64,000 bases of DNA, from positions 96,679 to 160,678 of the forward strand of contig CAYOAM010000001.1 of assembly GCA_964402035.1 (NCBI GenBank). The letters run 5' to 3'. The notes under the pieces were generated by a model that did no database searches, had not been told where the DNA came from, and was given only the letters and a program-made list of their open reading frames with translations. The position numbers were made by a program, and so were the translations under genes. The first letter of the stretch is position 1, and each line of letters starts with the position of its first letter. This document shows positions 56,652 to 64,000 of the stretch, in pieces. The stretch comes from an uncultured Candidatus Saccharibacteria bacterium (GTDB taxonomy: Bacteria > Patescibacteriota > Minisyncoccia > Phycocordibacterales > UBA918).

Positions 56652-58172
56652 ATGGCGTCACGTATTAAGTTAAAACTACTACTGGCAAGCCTCGGCTTCG
56701 TCGTCTTTAGTTTTTTTGGTTTTATGACGACCACGTACGCAGCGGAGGTTCTGATTGCACCAGCGTCAGGAACCTATACTGCAGGGCAGACATTTACAGC
56801 AGCTATACGTGTCAATCCACAGGGCAAAAGTGTCAACGCCGTGGAATCAAAACTTGCATTTGATACTTCAAAACTATCGGTGGTGAGCTTAAGTAAAACA
56901 GGGTCCGTCTTTTCACTATGGACAACAGAACCGACTTTTTCTAATAGCGCAGGTACTATCGAGTTTGGCGGAGGGAGTCCTACACCTTTTACCTCACAGT
57001 CGACATTGGTGACGGTGACCTTCAGGGCTGTTGCTGAAGGTTCAGTTACGGTTGATTTTAAAAATGCATCGGTGCTCGCTGCTGACGGCCTTGGAACAGA
57101 CGTTTTTTCAGCATCAGTGAAGGGTGCGTATATCATTACTGCGGCTGCTACTCCTACGACACCAACTGAAACACCAACAGATGAAACGCCAAAACCTGAG
57201 CAAGAGGAGGAGAACAACGATGCAGCGATAACCTTTGGTGATCCTCCATTGCCACCTGAAGTAGGTTCCAAGGTATTTCTTGATTCGGATCTTTGGTATG
57301 CAACATCAACAGGACTCTTTACCTGGGAGATACCATTTGATGTGAATGGACTGGCGGTTGATGTATCAACGTCTTCGGATTTTGCACCGGTAACCAAAAT
57401 CGATCCTCCTGTGGCGGAGATGCTCTTGACGGAGAAGGAATTGATGGACGGTGTTCAGTACCTAAACGTACAGTTTAAAAACCAAGTGGGTTGGGGAGGC
57501 ATCACGCACCGTCTCATAAAGATAGACACGACTCCTCCTGAGCAATTTACGATAAATGTACGCGCTGGTAATACCCCAAAAACATTTCCGATATTGATTT
57601 TTGAAGCAAAAGACCCAACCTCAGGGGTCCAGAAGTATGAGTTATTTATCGCTGATCGTGAGCCAGTTACCGTCACACCAGATGAGGCACGCTTGGGCTA
57701 TTTGCTCACTGACCTCGTCGATGGCACGTATACCGTCAAGGTTATCGCCCATGACAATGCGGGCAATATCCGAGAATCATCAACACCACTCCTTATTACC
57801 GCAGGCTGGCAGCCGAAGGCTGCCGAAGACAAAGGTTCTGCATTGTGGGCTCTCTTTACATTTACCAACGTATTTATACTTCTACTCATAGCGCTCATTG
57901 TTGCTCTTACGGCATATATTTTCTACGAACGAAAGCAGTTTGGACGCAAAGAAACAAAATTGCGCAAGGAAACCAAGGAAATTCAAGATCAAATGGAGAA
58001 AATATTTTCGGCCCTACGTGACGAGATCCAAGATCAAATTAAGTCTATTACCAAGAAGCCGCGACTCTCAAGAAGTGAACGCGAAGCGGTTGAAAATCTC
58101 GGAAATGCACTCGAAGTATCTGAAACCTTGATCGAAAAAGAGATTGTAGACGTACAAAAAATACTTAAATAG
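56652..58172 (+). CDS. Cohesin-domain surface protein with C-terminal TM and coiled coil
   Basis: Signal anchor. The cohesin-like beta-sandwich pattern is PASGTYTAGQTFTAAIRVNPQGKSVNAVESKLAFDTSKLSVVSLSKTGSVFSLW...GTIEFGGG...TLVTVTFRAVAEGSVTVDF. C-terminal TM plus KQFGRKETKLRKETKEIQDQMEK coil. Confidence 0.55.
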   Translation: MASRIKLKLLLASLGFVVFSFFGFMTTTYAAEVLIAPASGTYTAGQTFTAAIRVNPQGKSVNAVESKLAFDTSKLSVVSLSKTGSVFSLWTTEPTFSNSAGTIEFGGGSPTPFTSQSTLVTVTFRAVAEGSVTVDFKNASVLAADGLGTDVFSASVKGAYIITAAATPTTPTETPTDETPKPEQEEENNDAAITFGDPPLPPEVGSKVFLDSDLWYATSTGLFTWEIPFDVNGLAVDVSTSSDFAPVTKIDPPVAEMLLTEKELMDGVQYLNVQFKNQVGWGGITHRLIKIDTTPPEQFTINVRAGNTPKTFPILIFEAKDPTSGVQKYELFIADREPVTVTPDEARLGYLLTDLVDGTYTVKVIAHDNAGNIRESSTPLLITAGWQPKAAEDKGSALWALFTFTNVFILLLIALIVALTAYIFYERKQFGRKETKLRKETKEIQDQMEKIFSALRDEIQDQIKSITKKPRLSRSEREAVENLGNALEVSETLIEKEIVDVQKILK

Positions 58173-58268
58173 GCAGGTAGTGGTTCATATACACATCTGT
58201 CATACGATGACTGATGGAAGGGTAGGCTATAATTTATAATAGCCCCAATTTTAACCAATTTTTGGGGC

Positions 58269-61200
58269 GTGGTTTTGACGTATATAGTGCCATACATTAA
58301 TTTTCTCAAACGCCATACCGTGGTTCTGCTACTCTGCGTGAGTGTAGTTGTTTTGGTATGTGTCTCTGTGGTCCATGGTGATGAAACTCCATATTCACTT
58401 CGAACGCTCTACGTCTTTCCAAGCTCCGTCACCACGACGTCGTGGGTTGGAGTCGAGAAGATATATTCGCAAGAATATGACGATCATGCGTTGTACCAAG
58501 ATTTTAGAAAAAGTGGTGCTGCGTATCTTGATACAACACCGGTGTATGTCGTGCCCGCTCCCGTCCCGGAATCAACGACTGATACTGTAGGTACCGATCG
58601 AACGGACGCGGTTTCCGACCCAGAGACATCTTCGACCGATGCTATAGATATTCAGGCTCCATCATCAGATAGCGAAATTAGTGACGCTCCTATTGATGCC
58701 GAGGTCGATGCTCCGGTCGCGCCACCGGTTGCACCCCCATCCACTTCAGAAGATGAGACATCGACGCCCGAACCTTTACCGGAAGCAGCAACAGAACCTG
58801 CCGCTCAAACCGAGTCGAGCGAACCTCCCGCTGTCGAGCCTCTAACAAAAGCTGAAGGGAAGTGGTCCTTGGTATTTGCGCAAGTATTTGAGCGCGCATT
58901 GTCGGTATTTGCAAGCACAGAAACTGAAATTACGTCTTCAACGAGTGATCCTACGCAAGGAAGTGCAAACGTCGCTCTACCGCAAGATGAACCAACGTCA
59001 GATATACCCACAGTAGTGGAGAATGAACTACCTGTGGTGCCGGAGAATGTACCCGACCTGAGTCCAATCGCAACGTCAACATCGGATGTTCAGACGGATG
59101 CTGTTGAGTCAGACAGTCAAACTGCTGAACCGTCGAATGACCTAGCAGAAAGTGTGTCACCGTATTTTTGCGAGGGACAGGAAGGTTGTGCGGTGTCACC
59201 GATCGTATTTGATGGATTTGCATTACCTGAGCTTGGCTCTGGTGAGTTTATTGAAGATGCGCAGTTGCGACTTTCGTTTGCGGGTAAACCAAAGAAAGAT
59301 TTTGCAGGAGAAGATCAGGGACTCGTGATTGAATATATGTTGGACGGAGCGTGGAATGAAGCGGGTACGGTACCACTCAATGAAGAGGTGTCAAATGCTA
59401 TTAATGGTGGATACTATCTTTTTGCATTACCAGCCATCGATAGTGTCGCACGACTCAGTAATCTCCATGTGCGTGTTACCTACTATGGCAATCCAGAAAA
59501 CCTAGAAGGAATCTATGTCGATAGTTTGTGGCTGGAGCTTGGAGTGCAGTCAATAGATGAAGCATCACTTCGTGCCCATGTATTACCAGACGCCCTGGAA
59601 GAGCTAAAAAAACCTGCTGAGCATGAGTTGTTGAGCACTGAGCTTGATTTCACGCTTGATGAATTGCCGAATTTTACGCTCAAATACATCGAGCAGCGTA
59701 ATGCCATCATTCAGTTTTTCCGCAGTATTTTTGCGGACAAAATAGCTGAAGTAACGCACGTGATATTGGTACATGAGGACTTTGGTGATGTGGGTGTAGA
59801 GCCAGAACTCTTTATGACCGATGAAGGCTTGTGGACCATCAAGATTCCTGAAAGTGAACGAGAAAAAATGCGTCCAGGTCTCTACAGTTTGCAGATTGAG
59901 GTTGCAGAAGGCAACGCGCTCTATCGAGACTCATTTGAATTCCAATGGGGACTTTTGGCACTCAATGTAAACAAAAGTGAATATGTAGTCGGGGAAACAG
60001 CGCGTATTTCGCTTGCTGCACTTTCTCAAAATGGAAATACGATTTGTGATGCGAGTCTGTCACTGTATGTTATTGCTCCCGATAATTTTATACAGAAAGT
60101 GCCGGTTGTGGAGTCTGGTCTATGTAAAGGAAACAACGTAGTCGATGTTCCTGACTATGCGGGCACCTTTGTGACATCCTTGCCCGGCACCCATACATTT
60201 TATGTAGAACGACTGGATCCTTCTGGCGATGTTATTGCGCACACCGAAGACACATTTGAGGTGGTTTCTGATGCGCCTATTTCGATTGAACGATCGGGAC
60301 CAACGCGTATTTATCCTGTTGCTCCGTACACCATGTCAGTAACCGTTTCTGCACGAGCAGCGTTTACGGGCACATTTGTAGATATTGCACCACATGACTA
60401 TGAGATTAGTAATACTGATGCGATTATCACTGTTGAGGACGATAAGAAAAAATTGACATGGGACATTGCACTTTTGGCAGGTGAATCAAAAACATTTACG
60501 TACACATTTGATTCCCCAGACATAAGTCCCTATCTCTACATGCTAGGGCCGGCGTCAGTTTTGCTTGATGGAGATATTTCAACAATGTCAGAAGCGACAC
60601 CGACAGATAGAGTGGAGCCGCAGATGACCGAAGAGATTCCAATATTCGATGATGTAGCAAGTACATCTGCACTCGATAGTGTGGTACCGGTGGAGCCACT
60701 CGCTGAACCAACGCCTGTCGAGCAGTCAAATGCTGAAAACGTAGACGTCCCCGTCACTCCTCTTGAGCCGACGTTGTCTGTGCCTACTGAAAGTGAAAAT
60801 ACCGTCGTAGCGCCAAGTGCGGAAACAGATACCACTCCAGAATCTGCTCCACTGGAAGCTGAGGTCATACCCGAAGATGCGAGTTTATCAGAGACCCCGC
60901 CACTTATATTGCCTTCTGATACTGAGACATTGTTCCAAAGTACCTACGTTGAAGAGATGGGAAGTACGACCGGAGCACTCGTCGATGCTGTAGATACCGG
61001 TAGAGATGCTGTGGCTGTTGTTCGGTCATTTACGGAACATCGCCGCTGGCAAATAGCGTCAGATGCCACCGGGAGCATGATTGTACTCTGGACTGACGGC
61101 GCTAGTATTCCATCGGGGTGGACCTGTATTTCATGTAATGCTACGCAGACGGCATTTCAGCGTTTTCCAAAAGGTGGAGCAACGTATGGTACAACGGGTG

Positions 61201-64000
61201 GCGTTTCGACAAGTACGCATACGGCAAGTGGTACCGTAGCCGCTTCCGCAGCGGTTTCATCAGAAAACAGAGCTGGTACCGAGGTAGCAATTAGTTCGCA
61301 TGCCCACACGTACGATCCCGTGATTGTGGCGACTTCAACATTACCTGGATATCGCCAATTGCGACTCATACAAAACAATAGTGCGGGTCAACCGGCATCT
61401 CTTCCTGCAGGTGTTGTCTTGATGTTTGACTCAACGGTACCTTCTGGGTGGGCACGGTACTCGCAACTTGATGATCGTTTCCCCTATGGAGAAAATACTA
61501 TATTGACCGCTGGAACGAGCACACATAGACACAGCGTAATAGGTACTACTACGGGTGCCAGTGGATCAACAGTTGATGGTCGTACCTTAGGTACGCAGGT
61601 AAAAAGTGCTTTAGCTGGTCACCAGCATATCGTCAATGGTACGACGACTGCATCGAGCAATGAACCTCCTTTTATTACGGTAATTTATGGCACAACCACC
61701 GTTGCAACGACGACACCCGTGAATGCCATCACGATGTGGACCGATACACCACCTGCGGGCTGGCTCAATCGTTCAGCGACGGCTGGTGATCCGTTCTATG
61801 ATGTGTACCCTAAAGGTTCTGCTTCCTACGGTTCAACGGGGGGGTCGTTGACACATAGTCATAGTGATCTTGTTATAACTTCCAGCACATCGACCGAAGG
61901 CTCTGTCTCGCGTGTCGGTACTGCTGGAACTCCTGCCACAAGTACACATGATGTAACGATCAGTAATATTGCGTACACAGACCACCAACCGCCATACGTA
62001 ACCGCTATTTTTGCAAAATATTTAGGCGCAAATCCAACATATACGCAACTCGCATACCGATGGTTTGCAAATCTGGCAACATCCACAACACCAACGGATG
62101 CTTGGCCTGCTGGGTCTGAAGACTTGATTACCAATGAACAAATTGGTGCAACAAATACACCGGTAAAGAGCGGTGATGTGGTGAGGTTGCGCATGCAAGT
62201 AGGCGTCTCGGTGTCAACATCGACGGCTGTTGCGTTTAAATTACAATTTGGTTCAACGACCGCAGAATGTAGCGCAATTACAACATGGACTGATGTGGGT
62301 GCTTCAACATCAACGGTGGAATGGCGTGGTTATGACAATGGTTCACTCTCAGATGGCGCCGTACTTTCTTCTTCAACAATACTTGGCACCGATACTCTAG
62401 AGTCCTATGAGGAAAATAATCCCTCGACTACGACTCCAAATGATATTGGTATTGGTGAAGAAGGGGAGTGGGATTTTGTATTAGAGCAAAACGGAGCATA
62501 TGAAGGTTCCACGTACTGTTTCCGTATGGTGAAATCAGATGGCACTGTATTTTTTGCCTATGACAATTATCCAAGTCTATGGACGAATGAGGCACCAGAT
62601 CTGCCGACTCAAGCAGTGCCATTTAATAATGAAAAAGTTTCATCAACGACCCCTCTCTTTGAGTTTTCTGGGGGTGACACGGAAAGTGACACACTCACGT
62701 ATCAGATACAGGTCGATGATGATTATGCTTTTACATCAGTCACAGTAGATAGGAATAGTGTTTCTCATGGATCCCAATTTGAAGACCTGACCTTGAGTTC
62801 AAATAAGGATCCGTTTCCTGCTGGGGATGATATTGAATTTCATCTGACGTCAGCACTAACTAACGGGACCACATATTACTGGCGCGTGCGTGCGAAAGAT
62901 CCTACAGGGTCAAATCAATGGGGAAGCTGGTCGACGATTCGCAGTTTTACCATCGACACGACCGTCACTATTTCAACCTGGCATCAGACCATGGAGGAGC
63001 AATTTGATACTGACACGCTCTATGGAACAGACGCTCTAGCGGCGGATACTGTAGAGCTTATTGTCGGATCAACAACAGGAACAACGACTTCCTCGGCCAT
63101 CACCTTCTCTGAAGGCTCGATCGGTAATGCGTGGGGGTCTCTTTCATTCAATGATACTGAAGCGACCGGTGATATAAAATATCATATTGAGTATTTTGAT
63201 AGTACGACGGCTACCTGGCAGTTGGTGCCTGATGGATCACTCTCGGGAAATGCCGCGGGCTTTGATGCAACACCCGTGAGTCTGTTAGGAGTTGATGTTG
63301 AGACGTACCCCATTATTCGGGTTGCTGCTGATTTTACCAATATTGCTGGAACACCCACATTGTCAGACTGGACCGTCGCATGGGGGTATCGTGTGGAAAC
63401 TCCAACAATAAACTCACTCTTTTCCCATGAAAAAACGGCTACGACGACACCAACATTTGAGTTTTACACAACCGATCCTCAGAATGACGATTTGCAGTAT
63501 GAATTTCAATGGTCAACAACGTCAGCTTTTACGTCATCAACGACGCGTACATCAGGTGTTGATTCAGGGTTTGTCAATATAACGACGGCGACAGATACAT
63601 CATCATTTATTTCTGGGGACATCATCCAGTTTACTATTCAACCAGCTGACGCACTCCAAAACAATCAAACATATTGGTGGCGCGTGCGCGCACGTGATCC
63701 TGCACCAGGAGCCAATGTGTATTCATTTTATACCGACGCTCGGAGTGTTACTGCTTCAACATCGGTCACGGTCTCGACATGGTTTCAGACAACAGTCGAA
63801 CAGTTTAGTGTCAATACCAATGTCGGTATTGGGTCAGTCAGTACCACAACCGCCACCGTTTCTACGACGACTGATGATGCCCTCGTTGCATATGCGGAGG
63901 GCGCTGTTACCACACCTCGCTATCGCACATGGGACGGGACGACATGGTCGGCCGAAGGTACCGCTGTTGATGTGGGAGCTACGATAAACTGGGTCGTGAC
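58269..64000 (+). CDS. Giant cell-surface protein (over 1900 aa within the window), 3'-truncated by the window edge
   Basis: By manual translation, one frame is open from 58233 to the window end (no + ORF with a stop is listed there). Signal anchor VVLLLCVSVVVLVCVSVVHG; Pro/Glu/Thr-rich spacer; beta-rich domains; triplicated His-motif repeat; two FN3-like repeats with YYWRVRAKDP / YWWRVRARDP. Start is ambiguous (GTG 58269, TTG 58275 or GTG 58287). Confidence 0.7.
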   Translation, partial: MVLTYIVPYINFLKRHTVVLLLCVSVVVLVCVSVVHGDETPYSLRTLYVFPSSVTTTSWVGVEKIYSQEYDDHALYQDFRKSGAAYLDTTPVYVVPAPVPESTTDTVGTDRTDAVSDPETSSTDAIDIQAPSSDSEISDAPIDAEVDAPVAPPVAPPSTSEDETSTPEPLPEAATEPAAQTESSEPPAVEPLTKAEGKWSLVFAQVFERALSVFASTETEITSSTSDPTQGSANVALPQDEPTSDIPTVVENELPVVPENVPDLSPIATSTSDVQTDAVESDSQTAEPSNDLAESVSPYFCEGQEGCAVSPIVFDGFALPELGSGEFIEDAQLRLSFAGKPKKDFAGEDQGLVIEYMLDGAWNEAGTVPLNEEVSNAINGGYYLFALPAIDSVARLSNLHVRVTYYGNPENLEGIYVDSLWLELGVQSIDEASLRAHVLPDALEELKKPAEHELLSTELDFTLDELPNFTLKYIEQRNAIIQFFRSIFADKIAEVTHVILVHEDFGDVGVEPELFMTDEGLWTIKIPESEREKMRPGLYSLQIEVAEGNALYRDSFEFQWGLLALNVNKSEYVVGETARISLAALSQNGNTICDASLSLYVIAPDNFIQKVPVVESGLCKGNNVVDVPDYAGTFVTSLPGTHTFYVERLDPSGDVIAHTEDTFEVVSDAPISIERSGPTRIYPVAPYTMSVTVSARAAFTGTFVDIAPHDYEISNTDAIITVEDDKKKLTWDIALLAGESKTFTYTFDSPDISPYLYMLGPASVLLDGDISTMSEATPTDRVEPQMTEEIPIFDDVASTSALDSVVPVEPLAEPTPVEQSNAENVDVPVTPLEPTLSVPTESENTVVAPSAETDTTPESAPLEAEVIPEDASLSETPPLILPSDTETLFQSTYVEEMGSTTGALVDAVDTGRDAVAVVRSFTEHRRWQIASDATGSMIVLWTDGASIPSGWTCISCNATQTAFQRFPKGGATYGTTGGVSTSTHTASGTVAASAAVSSENRAGTEVAISSHAHTYDPVIVATSTLPGYRQLRLIQNNSAGQPASLPAGVVLMFDSTVPSGWARYSQLDDRFPYGENTILTAGTSTHRHSVIGTTTGASGSTVDGRTLGTQVKSALAGHQHIVNGTTTASSNEPPFITVIYGTTTVATTTPVNAITMWTDTPPAGWLNRSATAGDPFYDVYPKGSASYGSTGGSLTHSHSDLVITSSTSTEGSVSRVGTAGTPATSTHDVTISNIAYTDHQPPYVTAIFAKYLGANPTYTQLAYRWFANLATSTTPTDAWPAGSEDLITNEQIGATNTPVKSGDVVRLRMQVGVSVSTSTAVAFKLQFGSTTAECSAITTWTDVGASTSTVEWRGYDNGSLSDGAVLSSSTILGTDTLESYEENNPSTTTPNDIGIGEEGEWDFVLEQNGAYEGSTYCFRMVKSDGTVFFAYDNYPSLWTNEAPDLPTQAVPFNNEKVSSTTPLFEFSGGDTESDTLTYQIQVDDDYAFTSVTVDRNSVSHGSQFEDLTLSSNKDPFPAGDDIEFHLTSALTNGTTYYWRVRAKDPTGSNQWGSWSTIRSFTIDTTVTISTWHQTMEEQFDTDTLYGTDALAADTVELIVGSTTGTTTSSAITFSEGSIGNAWGSLSFNDTEATGDIKYHIEYFDSTTATWQLVPDGSLSGNAAGFDATPVSLLGVDVETYPIIRVAADFTNIAGTPTLSDWTVAWGYRVETPTINSLFSHEKTATTTPTFEFYTTDPQNDDLQYEFQWSTTSAFTSSTTRTSGVDSGFVNITTATDTSSFISGDIIQFTIQPADALQNNQTYWWRVRARDPAPGANVYSFYTDARSVTASTSVTVSTWFQTTVEQFSVNTNVGIGSVSTTTATVSTTTDDALVAYAEGAVTTPRYRTWDGTTWSAEGTAVDVGATINWVV

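Noticed and set aside
58348-58590. 80-aa ORF and other short ORFs listed between 58.3 and 64 kb
   Set aside because: Embedded in, or antisense to, a single continuous + frame that stays open from 58233 to the window end.

Overview
The window is a gene-dense bacterial segment, predominantly + strand, with no rRNA, tRNA, CRISPR, transposase or integrase detected. By content it resembles a small-genome Patescibacteria/CPR organism. Saccharibacteria (TM7) is an inference from the combination of type IV pilins with G|FTLIE prepilin motifs, a sortase, SipW-type signal peptidase substrates, an LPXTG-like sorting signal and many giant surface proteins. From 5' to 3' it contains: a MacAB-type ABC efflux module (about 1 to 2443); an OmpR/histidine-kinase pair; a compact redox cluster of ApbE flavin transferase, a ferric-reductase-like heme membrane protein, an FNR-like reductase and a rubredoxin (4.1-6.6 kb); a CE4 polysaccharide deacetylase and an LRR protein; two tandem modules of pilin plus small membrane protein, flanked by a perfect 39-bp direct repeat; a HI0933-like flavoprotein; a family of short palindromic hairpin repeats (14-16 kb); a DEAD-box helicase with an unusual N-terminal RG/RS-rich tail; TrpS; a YcnI/YcnJ-like copper uptake pair next to His/Asp-rich acidic proteins; a Pif1/RecD-like helicase; rarA flanked by two copies of a hairpin-rich, apparently structured repeat element; two more tandem pilins with long leaders; TypA/BipA; a tapA-sipW-tasA-like island with three TasA/camelysin-like proteins and a SipW signal peptidase carrying a substrate-like C-terminal fusion (33.6-40 kb); CspA; PAP2; a 1000-aa surface protein with an LPTGAP-TM-RR sorting signal immediately followed by a sortase; a CAP-domain protein; tandem FGE-sulfatase-domain proteins; an adjacent dockerin-bearing and cohesin-bearing surface-protein pair; Hsp20; and a giant surface-protein ORF (over 1900 aa) running off the window end. 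The features I consider most likely to be novel systems are the SipW/TasA-like island with the SipW fusion, the sortase plus non-canonical sorting-signal protein, the cohesin-dockerin pair, and the structured repeat family flanking rarA.
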